DNA of 59,914 bases, counting the filler. It is 5 parts of 5 records of this genome, joined end to end, with 100 filler letters (N's around TTAATTAATTAA, not from the genome) between each part and the next. Parts side by side here need not be neighbours in the genome. Positions count along the whole stretch, not along the records: positions 44,092 to 53,453 come from SRR20825006_2268; positions 53,554 to 59,914 come from SRR20825006_2272; 3 more parts are not named here. One strand, written 5' to 3'. The notes below the pieces were generated by a model that did no database searches, was not told where the DNA came from, and saw nothing but the letters and a program-made list of their open reading frames with translations. Shown one piece after another: positions 49,401 through 58,438 of this stretch (the stretch's first letter is position 1; each line of letters begins with the position of its first letter). The position numbers were made by a program, and so were the translations under genes.

Positions 49401-49928
49401 ACATATACACCAGATTTTACCTATGGTTTTGGAGGAAGTGTAGCTTACAAAGGTTTTAACTTTAGTTTTAATTTTAATGGAGTTTCAGGACGTGCTTTAA
49501 TGGATGGAGATATGGCTTCTTTAACGGAAGCTGGAGAAGGCTTTTCTGTACCTACAACGTATTATTTTGAAAATCGATACCATCCAGTAAACAATCCAGA
49601 TGGATTTTTAGGGCAACCTAATTTTGGAAACTTTTCAAATTCTAGAAAAATTTTACGTAGCTCGGTAGTTGTAGAGGAAAATAATGGAGATTATATCAGA
49701 CTTCGAGATATCAGAATAGCATACGATTTTAGTAAATCAATATTAGAAAGGTTACGTTTATCAAAACTTCAGTTATACGTATCTGGAAATAATGTATTTA
49801 CAAAGACAGATTATAGAGGATGGAATCCAGATGGAACATCGTCCAATATTCTTACTTCAGGATATAATGATGGGTCTAATTATCCATTAGCAAAAACCTA
49901 TTTAGTAGGATTAAGAATAGCATATTAA
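46425..49928 (+). CDS. SusC/RagA TonB-dependent transporter with N-terminal STN signalling domain
   Basis: STN region; CarboxypepD-like GQPLPGASILEKGT; LDEVVVIGYG; plug VLKDAASASIYGSRAANGVILVTTK; DGSSRFG; start uncertain (46383, 46425 or 46485). Confidence 0.95.
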   Translation: MKNLTRIRKNIPIHQSHVLKMKLSVVLFFFMIIQVNANLTYGQKDKVSVNLQNVNLDRVLTAIESQTDYRFIYKDDEIDYKKSVSIKVEKSPIKEVLQDLFRNTSIDYQVVGTQIILKPNKHIKTEVLTQKTTIVQVSVNGSVLDDNGQPLPGASILEKGTTNGATTDFDGNFSLTLTNSDAVLVVSYIGFVAKEVAVNGNENITVTLEEDFAKLDEVVVIGYGQQSKAKVIGSVGKIEEEELSKVASSSVGQQLAGKMSGVVVNQSNGQPGAASQIVIRGTGTLTAGTNPLIVVDGFPLSEGSSLNSINPDDIATVNVLKDAASASIYGSRAANGVILVTTKQGSKNEKTTITLDTYVGMQEQSSGVELVDAYQFAQFITEARNWGYVSKDPANRSATDPNSVRVTKTINGQGIDGRELYLDFLQPYLDGKSGLTNTDWMDVAFRAAAMYNYNLSVSGGNEKTKFYTSLGYFNQEGIVIGSDLKRYSANINLNSKLTDKINIGVSVKPSFTDQNALDQGSRSSGAIALVPLNFSYYSPYTDNGDINISEQIINEQREIEGVRINGTPVENLLATSTMVKDNRQQFRVFGNVFADFEIVKNLKYKISLGGDYENYTRNFYYPSSVGSYRTPAPRSDAEATQDKQTRYNYLIENTLNYDFSLAKHNFDLLAGYTFQKENIDFSSTVGTGFADDNIKNIAGASSHTTNYNLAIWALESYFTRLQYDYDAKYLFSAAIRKDGSSRFGSNNRWGYFPSVSGGWVFTRESFMPLEDIVTFGKISASWGQTGNNQIGNYGSYALVTDSNYVNGNSLAAGYITTSAPNPNLGWEVASAMNIGLDLSFFHKLNFSMAYYKTNTKDLLLNVPVPQQTGYENVLANIGEMENKGLEFELSGRNFMLGNVGLGFNANLTSYQNKVLALGPGQEEIATGRDQLFVTKVGGSIAEIYGYEVDGVFKTQQEIDNTPHLSGTLTGDFKVKDINGDGKINDEDKVSKGTYTPDFTYGFGGSVAYKGFNFSFNFNGVSGRALMDGDMASLTEAGEGFSVPTTYYFENRYHPVNNPDGFLGQPNFGNFSNSRKILRSSVVVEENNGDYIRLRDIRIAYDFSKSILERLRLSKLQLYVSGNNVFTKTDYRGWNPDGTSSNILTSGYNDGSNYPLAKTYLVGLRIAY

Positions 49929-49952
49929 TCATTAACTGATAAAATACCAGAG

Positions 49953-51338
49953 ATGAGAATATTAAAAATAATATTGATAGGGGGCTTATTCTTTATAGTT
50001 TCATGTGAAAAAGAATTAATCCAAAACCCAAATACAGACAAAGTTGCAAATAACTTTTATACAAATGAAGCAGAACTTGAAGAAGGAGTAAATGCAGTAT
50101 ATGCTACCTTACAGTTTGGCGGAAATTATGACATTGCAATTCCAGCATTAGGAGAAATACCTGGAGAAGATGCTTATGATGAAACTCCTGCAAATGATGG
50201 AGGAGTGTATGGAGAAATAGACCAATATAATGTAATTCCTCAAAATGGACTCATTGAAAATGTATGGAGAGATGCTTATAAAGGGATACAACGTGCAAAT
50301 ATAGTTTTAAATAGAATTGAAGATATAGCGTATGATAATGCAACCACTAAAAAAGCAAGAATAGGTGAAATGTTATTTATTAGATCTTTATACTATTTTA
50401 ATTTGGTGAGAATATTTGGAGATGTACCATTAGTTGTGGAGGAAATAATAAATCCTCAGGATAGTTTTGGGCAGACTAGAACCCCAAAAGAAGATGTCTA
50501 TAATCAAATTATAACAGACTTAACTCTCGCTGTAGATTTGTTACCAAATAGAAATGAGGGCAACAAAATGAGAGCTGTAAAAACTGCAGCATATACACTT
50601 TTAGGAAAAGTATATTTAACTCTAGGAGATTATCCAAACGCTTATGACAATTTAATTGAAGTTGTAAAATCAAAAAGTCATAAACTTATACCTATAGAAG
50701 AAGTTTTTTCAACTGAAAATGAATTGAACGAAGAAATTATTTTTGCAGTACAATTTGCTTCTGGAATTAATGCAAATAGTGAAGGAACAGATGCTTATAG
50801 AATGTTTAATCCAACAGGAAGAGTAGAAGGGAATATGACAGGAACTAAAGGACATGGAGTATTAAAACCTGATTTTTATGATTTGTATGAGGAAGATGAT
50901 TTACGAAAAGGAGTGTATGTAGATGTTTTAGAATCTGGAATTGCTTATAGCAAAAAACTAGCAATCCCATCTACCGTAATTGGAGATTCGGAAAGTGACT
51001 GGGTGGTTTTGAGATATGCAGAAGTACTTTTAATGTTAGCTGAGATTGAGAACCAAAGAGGTAATATAGACATTGCAATTGGATATTTAAATGAAATTCG
51101 AGAGCGTGTAAATCTAGGACTTTATGAAGGTTTAGAGGATAAAAATTCAGTATTTAACGAGATAGATTTACAACGTAGATTAGAATTAGTATGGGAAGGA
51201 CACAGATGGTTTGATATTTTACGACAAAATAGAGCAGGAGAAGTATTAGGAGTTTCAGATTCAAATCGTTTGCTAATGCCTATCCCTGCTAAACAAATAG
51301 CTACAGATAGTGCTTTAGAGCAAAATCCAGGATATTAA
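49953..51338 (+). CDS. SusD/RagB lipoprotein
   Basis: Lipobox IVSC; YFNLVRIFGDVP, LRYAEVLLMLAE, RRLELVWEGHRWFD, QNPGY. Confidence 0.95.
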   Translation: MRILKIILIGGLFFIVSCEKELIQNPNTDKVANNFYTNEAELEEGVNAVYATLQFGGNYDIAIPALGEIPGEDAYDETPANDGGVYGEIDQYNVIPQNGLIENVWRDAYKGIQRANIVLNRIEDIAYDNATTKKARIGEMLFIRSLYYFNLVRIFGDVPLVVEEIINPQDSFGQTRTPKEDVYNQIITDLTLAVDLLPNRNEGNKMRAVKTAAYTLLGKVYLTLGDYPNAYDNLIEVVKSKSHKLIPIEEVFSTENELNEEIIFAVQFASGINANSEGTDAYRMFNPTGRVEGNMTGTKGHGVLKPDFYDLYEEDDLRKGVYVDVLESGIAYSKKLAIPSTVIGDSESDWVVLRYAEVLLMLAEIENQRGNIDIAIGYLNEIRERVNLGLYEGLEDKNSVFNEIDLQRRLELVWEGHRWFDILRQNRAGEVLGVSDSNRLLMPIPAKQIATDSALEQNPGY

Positions 51339-51346
51339 TCCTATAT

Positions 51347-51466
51347 AGAGGTCTAAAAAGTACTTAAACTCGATATGTTATCCTAAGCTTGTTAAAGGAT
51401 TTTTCAAATGTTAGGAGCTTAAAAAATTGATGAGATTGAAAGCTATAAATTACTTTTTAGACCTCT
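51347..51466. mobile_element. MITE-like 120-bp element with perfect 16-bp terminal inverted repeats
   Basis: AGAGGTCTAAAAAGTA (51347-51362) and TACTTTTTAGACCTCT (51451-51466); non-coding interior. Confidence 0.6.
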
Positions 51467-51523
51467 TAAACTATATGTTAATCAAAAATATTACATCAGA
51501 CCAATTAAAAACAATAAAAAAAG

Positions 51524-53323
51524 ATGAATCAAACACATAAAATAATAGTCTCTTTATGTTGCTTTTTACTTTTTTCAATAAATATTTCATCTCAGAATTC
51601 AAGAGGTTACTTTCAGTCGTATCAAGATATTATTGAGATGATAGATAACCCAAGTGATGATCACGTAATGGTGGTAGCGCATAGAGGGGATTGGCGAAAT
51701 GCACCAGAAAACTCTATAAAAGCCGTTCTAAACTGTATTGAAATGGGAGTTGAGATTGTTGAAATAGATATTCGAATAACAAAAGATAATCAATTGGTTG
51801 TTATTCACGATTTAACGTTAGATCGTACCACAACAGGAACTGGAAAGGTTAAAGACAAAACGCTTGAGGAGATTAAGGAGTTGTCTTTAAAAAATGGAGC
51901 CAATGGAATAACTGCTCATAAAGTGCCAACGCTTAAAGAAATGATGCTTGCTGTTAAAGACAAATCTATTTTACTAAACTTAGATAAAGCATGGGAATAT
52001 TTACCTCAAACAGTTTCAATTTTAAAGGAAACAGAAACTTTAAAACAATGTATTTTTAAAGGAAATGACCCCTATGAGGTAATGATAGAAAAACATGGCA
52101 ATTTGCTAAAGCAAGTTAATTATATGCCAATGGTTTGGCCACCAGATTATAATATTTATAAAGCAGAAGATGAACTGATTAAAGATCCTGTAAAATACAC
52201 AAACGATTATATTGAGCAGTTAAATCCTTTAGCTTTTGAAGTTATTTACAGTGATGAGGAATCCTCTATTTTTGATGCAATTTCTAAAATAAAAGAGCAT
52301 AAAATATCCGTTTGGGTAAATACTTTATGGGGTAAGTTATGCGCATTTCATCAGGATGATGTTGCAGTTGAGAATCCAGATAAGCATTATGGTTGGGTAA
52401 TAGATCATGGGGCAAATATTATTCAAACGGATCGTCCTCAATTTTTAATTAATTATTTGAAATCTAAAAATTTACGAAACGCAAATAGTAAATCTAAAAT
52501 CCCACTTTTAATAGGTAACCTTGAAGACTCTACTAATAAGGAAATTATGGTTGTAGCGCATCGAGGAGATTGGCGAAATGCTCCAGAAAACTCTTTGCAA
52601 GCTATTAAGTCGTGCATAGATATGGGGGTAGATATGGTGGAAATAGATGTTCGAGAAACAAAAGATGGTAAGCTTGTACTAATGCATGATGAGACTTTAG
52701 ATAGAACAACAAATGGACAAGGATTGGTTAGTAATTGGACGCTAGATAGCCTAAAAACGCTACATTTATTAGATGGCTTAGGGGTTAAAACGCCAAATAA
52801 AATACCAACTTTAGAGGAAGCTTTACGTCTATGCAAAGGGAAAATATTAGTAAACTTAGATAAAAGCTATAGTATTTTTGACAAATGTTTTGAGATAGCT
52901 AAAAAAACAGAGACCTTAAATCAGATTGTAATTAAAGGGAATAAAACTAAAAAAGAAGTGGAAGCCGAATTTGGGCAGTTTTTAGATGAGGTATATTTTA
53001 TGCCAATAGTTAAACTTAATAATCCTAATGCCGAACATATCATTGAAGAATATCTAGAAAGTGAAGTGCCTATAGCATTTGAATTTACGGTACCACAAGA
53101 TACAATTAGTCTTATTAAAAAATTTAAGGATATCAGAGATAAAGGAGCAGGAGTCTGGGTCAATTCATTATGGCCACAACATAATGGAGGTCATGACGAT
53201 GAGAAAGCCTTACTAAATCCAGAAATTTATAATTGGTTTATAGATGCTAATGTAGATATGATACAAACAGATAGACCTGCATTACTTCTTCAATATTTAA
53301 GAGCTAGAGGGTTACACCAGTAA
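51524..53323 (+). CDS. Secreted glycerophosphodiester phosphodiesterase with two tandem GDPD domains
   Basis: Signal peptide; two copies of VVAHRGDWRNAPENS...EID.R.TKD..LV..HD.TLDRTT and IQTDRP. Confidence 0.93.
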   Translation: MNQTHKIIVSLCCFLLFSINISSQNSRGYFQSYQDIIEMIDNPSDDHVMVVAHRGDWRNAPENSIKAVLNCIEMGVEIVEIDIRITKDNQLVVIHDLTLDRTTTGTGKVKDKTLEEIKELSLKNGANGITAHKVPTLKEMMLAVKDKSILLNLDKAWEYLPQTVSILKETETLKQCIFKGNDPYEVMIEKHGNLLKQVNYMPMVWPPDYNIYKAEDELIKDPVKYTNDYIEQLNPLAFEVIYSDEESSIFDAISKIKEHKISVWVNTLWGKLCAFHQDDVAVENPDKHYGWVIDHGANIIQTDRPQFLINYLKSKNLRNANSKSKIPLLIGNLEDSTNKEIMVVAHRGDWRNAPENSLQAIKSCIDMGVDMVEIDVRETKDGKLVLMHDETLDRTTNGQGLVSNWTLDSLKTLHLLDGLGVKTPNKIPTLEEALRLCKGKILVNLDKSYSIFDKCFEIAKKTETLNQIVIKGNKTKKEVEAEFGQFLDEVYFMPIVKLNNPNAEHIIEEYLESEVPIAFEFTVPQDTISLIKKFKDIRDKGAGVWVNSLWPQHNGGHDDEKALLNPEIYNWFIDANVDMIQTDRPALLLQYLRARGLHQ

Positions 53324-53424
53324 TAAAATGATTTATTCGATAATCGAAGTTTAAATACTCGAACACTTGCGTCGAAATATTTTTTAGTATTTCCTTTTAA
53401 TACCTCGTGCGCTTGAATCAAGAG

Positions 53425-53453
53425 AGTAGATATAATAATATAATAGTGATAAA
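53425..53453 (+). repeat. Right copy of the 29-bp terminal direct repeat of contig D
   Basis: Identical to 44092-44120. Confidence 0.97.
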
Positions 53454-53553
53454 NNNNNNNNNNNNNNNNNNNNNNNNNNNNNNNNNNNNNNNNNNNNTTA
53501 ATTAATTAANNNNNNNNNNNNNNNNNNNNNNNNNNNNNNNNNNNNNNNNNNNN
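53454..53553. other. Artificial contig linker
   Basis: N44-TTAATTAATTAA-N44. Confidence 0.99.
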
Positions 53554-53554
53554 G

Positions 53555-53815
53555 AATATTGATGGTGGTTTTAACTGGTATGCAGGACCTGGAGCAGGTG
53601 TTGGTTTAGTTAGTTATGATGATTATAATGACAAGGATCCTTTTGATAAGGATAAAACCACAGATGCATACGCTTTTATTACAGGTGATATCGGTATTGA
53701 ATATAATTTCGATTTCCCGTTATTAATCTCGTTTGATTTTAGGCCTCAGTTTAATTTAGGGTATTTAGATGATGCAGGTTTTGATATTGGATTAAGTGCT
53801 CGATATCAATTTTAG
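53555..53815 (+). CDS. Outer-membrane beta-barrel protein, C-terminal fragment
   Basis: Manual translation NIDGGFNWYAGPGAG...GDIGIEYNFDFPLLISFDFRP...IGLSARYQF*; C-terminal YxF beta signal. Confidence 0.8.
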   Translation, partial: NIDGGFNWYAGPGAGVGLVSYDDYNDKDPFDKDKTTDAYAFITGDIGIEYNFDFPLLISFDFRPQFNLGYLDDAGFDIGLSARYQF

Positions 53816-53825
53816 ATAGTAGATA

Positions 53826-54968
53826 TTAATTATAATTAGTTGTGCCTTTTTGTTGAATAGCTGTTTCATAAAGCTTTTCATATAAAGGCACAATTTTTTT
53901 GGTATCATACACCATAGCAGCTTCAATTGCTTGATTTTTAAATTTATTTAAAGTTTCATCTGAAGCTAAAATAATCAGAGCGTTTTCAGCCATTTCATCT
54001 ACATTCCCCACATCACTCAAAAATCCACTTACGCCATTAATATTTACTTCAGGTAATCCGCCAGCATTACTTGAAATTACTGGAACCCCACAAGCCATAG
54101 CTTCTAAAGCAGCGAGACCAAAACTTTCTTTTTCTGAAGGAAGAATAAATAAATCAGTAAAGCATAAAATTTTATCAATTTCATTACTGTTTCCTAAAAA
54201 GAGAACTTTTTCTTCAATTCCTTTTTTTCTACACAAACGTTCGCAAGCTTCACGTTCAGGGCCTTCACCTACGATAATTAATTTTGAAGGTATTTTCTTT
54301 TGAACACGATCAAAAACTTCAACTACATCTTTAACTCTTTTTACTTCTCTAAGGTTACTAACGTGTGTAATGATGCGTTCTTCCTTGCTCGCCATCATAT
54401 CACGCTGGCAATCCGTAAAAGGTTTTTTATCAGGAATATCAATAAAATTTGGAACTACATGAATCTCCTTTTTTATATCGAAAAGATGTAAGGTATCATC
54501 TTTTAAACTCTTTGAAACTGAAGTAACTACATCGCTATTATTGATGCTAAAAGTTACTGCAGGCTTATAAAATGGATGATTACCAACCAAGGTAATATCT
54601 GTGCCGTGAAGTGTTGTAACCATTGGAATATGGATGTTTTCTTCCGCTAATATTTTTTTAGCCATATAACCTGCATACGCATGTGGAATTGCATAATGCA
54701 CATGAAGTACTTCTATTTTATGTAGTTTCACCATATCTACCAACTTACTGGAAAGCGCAAGTTCATAGGGTTGATAATGAAATAGTGGGTAAACAGGGAC
54801 AGAAACTTCGTGAAAATGAATGTTTTTCGAAAGTAATTCCAATCGAACAGGTTGTTTGTATGTTATGAAATGAATTTCATGACCTTTTTCGGCAAGCGCC
54901 AAGCCCAATTCAGTGGCTACTACTCCACTTCCTCCGAAGGTTGGGTAACATACTATTGCTATCTTCAT
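53826..54968 (-). CDS. bshA: N-acetyl-alpha-D-glucosaminyl L-malate synthase (bacillithiol biosynthesis)
   Basis: CYPTFGGSGVVATELG, HVHYAIPHA, TTLHGTDIT, ESFGLAALEAMACG. Confidence 0.96.
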   Translation of the reverse strand: MKIAIVCYPTFGGSGVVATELGLALAEKGHEIHFITYKQPVRLELLSKNIHFHEVSVPVYPLFHYQPYELALSSKLVDMVKLHKIEVLHVHYAIPHAYAGYMAKKILAEENIHIPMVTTLHGTDITLVGNHPFYKPAVTFSINNSDVVTSVSKSLKDDTLHLFDIKKEIHVVPNFIDIPDKKPFTDCQRDMMASKEERIITHVSNLREVKRVKDVVEVFDRVQKKIPSKLIIVGEGPEREACERLCRKKGIEEKVLFLGNSNEIDKILCFTDLFILPSEKESFGLAALEAMACGVPVISSNAGGLPEVNINGVSGFLSDVGNVDEMAENALIILASDETLNKFKNQAIEAAMVYDTKKIVPLYEKLYETAIQQKGTTNYN

Positions 54969-55014
54969 TGTATTTTTTTCAAGTTCAAAGTTTTACAAAC
55001 AATTACTTCGAAAT

Positions 55015-57933
55015 TTAATAATCAATTGCCTCGTATATGGCTTCTTGTATTTTACTTCGTAAATCACTCTTAATCAACTTTCTATTTTCTGGATCTGGAA
55101 AAGTTCTATTCGAAAGAAATACATACACAATTTCCTGTTGTGGATCTGCCCAAGCAAATGTTCCAGTAAATCCACTATGCCCAAAACTTGTCATAGAAAC
55201 ACAACCACAAGTAGGGCCAGATGATCCGAGTTGTGGTTTGTCGAAACCAACACCTCTTCTTACATTTTTATTGCAATAATAACAGGTATTAAAAAGATCG
55301 AGAACTTCTGGATTGAAATATCTTTTTCCACCGTAAAAACCTTTCCAAAGGTACATTTGCATTATTTTGGCAACATCATTTGCATTACTAAATAAGCCTG
55401 CATGTCCGCTAACGCCACCAAGCATAGCAGCACCTTGGTCGTTTACATATCCTTGAACTTTCTGATTTCTAAAAATAGCATCTTGTTCGGTAGGTGGAAT
55501 ATTATCTTTTGAAAAAGCATCCAATGGATGGTACATCGTATAATTTGCCCCCAAGGATTCGTACAAGTTTTCTTGTAGAATTATTTCCATTGGTTTCCCA
55601 AACTTTTCTTCTAAATATTTTTTTAGAATATAATAAGGCAAGTCACTGTATTTATACTCTAGTCTTGAATTTAAATCACTCTCACGGATATTTTTATAGA
55701 TTGAATCTATATAATCCCTACGCATATATAGGTTTTCGGCAACTTCAACATTATAACTTTTACTTGGGTTTCTGGAATAGTATTTTGGTGAAACCGCTGT
55801 TTTTTCTTCATTTAAAGTATGTCTATAAAATGGAATCCACGCTTTAAAACGTGCATAATGCGATAACATTTGTTTTAAAGTTACATCTGCTTTGTTTGAG
55901 TTTTTATACTCTGGAAGCATTTCAGAAAGTTTTGTGTTTAGACTCAACTCCTTTTTATCTACCAATTGCATTACAATTGGTAAGGTTGCTAAAATTTTGG
56001 TTAATGATGCAAGGTCATAAACATTGGTGTCTCTAACTTCAAGATTCTTGTTGTATTCGTGGTAGCCAAAATCTTTTTGATAGATGATTTTTCCTTTTCT
56101 AGCTACTAAAATTTGCGCCCCTGGATACATTCCTTCCCTTAAACCAAGATTGGCAAGAGAGTCTATTTTTTTAAGCTTATAGCTATTAACACCAACACTT
56201 TCAGGTGTTCCGTATTGAAGTCTTCGTAACGATTTTGTTTGTAAGCTTGTATTTAATGGAAAATCCTCTCCTAAAGAAACAGGCAACTTACCTTTTGCTT
56301 CACGAGCGCCAAATATAAGCTGGGCAGAAAGCTTTTGTGTAATTGTACTGTTTTGATAAGACATTATTACACCTTCAAAATTTGCAGTGGTTTTAAGGTC
56401 CAGCATTGCATACGGTCTTGCAAAAACATCCAAAATTACTGTATTGGTTCGTGCAATCTCGTATATCCAAACAAGTTCGTTTTCAGTGAATTCAAATTTT
56501 TTCCATGGATTGTCATTAGATTTATGAAAACCGATAATTACATAATTATATTCTTTTAACTTCTGAACATATTCATCCAAACTATTGGCTTTAACCCAAG
56601 TAACATCGCCGTATTTTTTCAATTCATCTAAAAAAACTTTTCCAGAATCATCGCCAAAGTTTACATATGCAATTTTTTTCTTCTGAAGATCTTTTATAGG
56701 AAGAATGGCGAGGTCGTTTTTAATAACTGTAAGCGCATTATCCATGGCTTCTTCATAAAGTGCATCATCCGTAACCGAATTTAAATCTTCTACCAAATAC
56801 GCTGTTTTTACAGGTTTATACTTGTGCAAACCAACTTTATATTTTGCGTAAAGGATTTTTTTAACGGAATACGCCAATCTTTTTTCAGTAATTACTTCTT
56901 CGTTATAAGAAGCTAATAAAAATTCAATTGCTTTTGGAACGTCCTCTGAAATTAATAAAACATCATTTCCGGCCAAAAATGCTGCCAACTCAATTTCACC
57001 AGGTTTTTTATAATCTGAGGCACCTTTCATATTAAGTGCATCCGTAAAAATAAGGCCGTTAAAGCCCATTTCCTTTTTAAGAAGATCGGTAACTACTTTT
57101 GTGGAAAGCGATGATGGAAAATTCATTTGTGGTTCTAATGCTGGAACATTTAAATGTGCCACCATCACACTGTTTAAGCCTTCACTAATCAGTTTTTTAT
57201 AAGGATATAATTCTAAAGTATCTAATCTTCTTTTCGAAAAATCAATGGTTGGTAGGGCTTTATGACTATCCATATCGGTGTCGCCATGACCTGGAAAATG
57301 CTTTGCACTTCCCATAACTCCAGCACTTTGCATACCTTTCATAAACGCAAGTGCTTTCTCGGTTACATTGTCTTTATCTTCCCCAAAAGAACGGTTACCT
57401 ATGATTGGATTTTTTGGATTTGTATTTATATCAACAACTGGCGCAAAATTAATATGAACTCCCAAACGCTTGGATTGTTCACCAATTCGTCGGCCTACTT
57501 TTTCAACAATTTTTGAATCGGTTATAGCACCTAAAGTCATATTCCAAGGAAAAGCATAGGTAGAATCAAGACGCATAGACAAGCCCCATTCTGCATCCAT
57601 CCCAATTAGCATGGGGATTTTTGCTAGCGATTGAAATTCATTATTCAGCTTGGCTTGTCGCAGTGGTCCTCCTTTAGAAAAAATAACTCCACCTAGATGA
57701 TAATTAGTAATAAGATCCTTTATTTTATCTGTTTTAGATTTTGGATCACTTGAAAAAATATCAGCCATAAAGAGCTGGCCCATTTTTTCTTCTAAAGTCA
57801 TACTGTCATAGATACTATCCACCCATTTCTTTTGATTTTTAAAATCACTCTTAACGATCAATGGGTTATTTTCCTGCGCTAAACTTGGAAAATATATAGA
57901 TACGAAAATGCAAACAAGCAAAAAATTCTTCAT
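55015..57933 (-). CDS. GH3 beta-N-acetylglucosaminidase (NagZ-like) fused to a beta-lactamase-like serine hydrolase
   Basis: KHFPGHGDT, FTDALNM; C-terminal LASLTK (SxxK), YKYSD, FGHSGFTG; start MKNFLL at 57933. Confidence 0.93.
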   Translation of the reverse strand: MKNFLLVCIFVSIYFPSLAQENNPLIVKSDFKNQKKWVDSIYDSMTLEEKMGQLFMADIFSSDPKSKTDKIKDLITNYHLGGVIFSKGGPLRQAKLNNEFQSLAKIPMLIGMDAEWGLSMRLDSTYAFPWNMTLGAITDSKIVEKVGRRIGEQSKRLGVHINFAPVVDINTNPKNPIIGNRSFGEDKDNVTEKALAFMKGMQSAGVMGSAKHFPGHGDTDMDSHKALPTIDFSKRRLDTLELYPYKKLISEGLNSVMVAHLNVPALEPQMNFPSSLSTKVVTDLLKKEMGFNGLIFTDALNMKGASDYKKPGEIELAAFLAGNDVLLISEDVPKAIEFLLASYNEEVITEKRLAYSVKKILYAKYKVGLHKYKPVKTAYLVEDLNSVTDDALYEEAMDNALTVIKNDLAILPIKDLQKKKIAYVNFGDDSGKVFLDELKKYGDVTWVKANSLDEYVQKLKEYNYVIIGFHKSNDNPWKKFEFTENELVWIYEIARTNTVILDVFARPYAMLDLKTTANFEGVIMSYQNSTITQKLSAQLIFGAREAKGKLPVSLGEDFPLNTSLQTKSLRRLQYGTPESVGVNSYKLKKIDSLANLGLREGMYPGAQILVARKGKIIYQKDFGYHEYNKNLEVRDTNVYDLASLTKILATLPIVMQLVDKKELSLNTKLSEMLPEYKNSNKADVTLKQMLSHYARFKAWIPFYRHTLNEEKTAVSPKYYSRNPSKSYNVEVAENLYMRRDYIDSIYKNIRESDLNSRLEYKYSDLPYYILKKYLEEKFGKPMEIILQENLYESLGANYTMYHPLDAFSKDNIPPTEQDAIFRNQKVQGYVNDQGAAMLGGVSGHAGLFSNANDVAKIMQMYLWKGFYGGKRYFNPEVLDLFNTCYYCNKNVRRGVGFDKPQLGSSGPTCGCVSMTSFGHSGFTGTFAWADPQQEIVYVFLSNRTFPDPENRKLIKSDLRSKIQEAIYEAIDY

Positions 57934-57949
57934 AGCGGTTGAAATGGGA

Positions 57950-58435
57950 TTAGGACAAAAATCGATTATGCCAGCTTTCTGTGGCGGGTACTTCCCAGTT
58001 TTCAAGATATTCTGCTTTTGTGTTTACTAAATTATTAAAGACTATAGTATTTTTTGAAACCGATTTGTCTTTTGCCATTTTTCTGAAATCAGCCAATGGT
58101 TTATAAGCAATATAGTCTCCTGAATAGAATGTAACGTTCATTTTATCTAATAAATCTACATCAAAATCATCTTGAAGCGATTGTATAAAATGTACTGAAG
58201 CATCAATACTACAGCCTGAAGCCGAAGCATTTGCTTGGTTAAGACCAATAATTATAAAACGGTTGTACTTTAACTCCACCCCTGCTTCAAGTTCAGCACC
58301 GTGGGCAGTCCATTTTGTTAAAAAGTTGTTTGTTAATTCGTTAATTTTAGCAACTTCATCGTCACTAAGCTTTCTATTGGCTTGATAAATCCATACTCTG
58401 GAATCATCAGGTAAATTTTTAAAATCTGTCAGCAT
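57950..58435 (-). CDS. Conserved Bacteroidetes hypothetical protein
   Basis: SRVWIYQ, WTAHG and ASGCSIDASVHF motifs; no Walker A visible. Confidence 0.8.
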   Translation of the reverse strand: MLTDFKNLPDDSRVWIYQANRKLSDDEVAKINELTNNFLTKWTAHGAELEAGVELKYNRFIIIGLNQANASASGCSIDASVHFIQSLQDDFDVDLLDKMNVTFYSGDYIAYKPLADFRKMAKDKSVSKNTIVFNNLVNTKAEYLENWEVPATESWHNRFLS

Positions 58436-58438
58436 TCT

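Noticed and set aside
55015-56200. Beta-lactam resistance gene
   Set aside because: The SxxK domain is fused to a NagZ-like GH3 in a housekeeping context; more consistent with peptidoglycan recycling
55015-58005. ORF-track upstream starts (58005, and likewise 1055, 3011, 17205, 32144, 41493, 43187)
   Set aside because: They overlap neighbours or promoters; downstream ATGs give proper signal peptides or family N-termini
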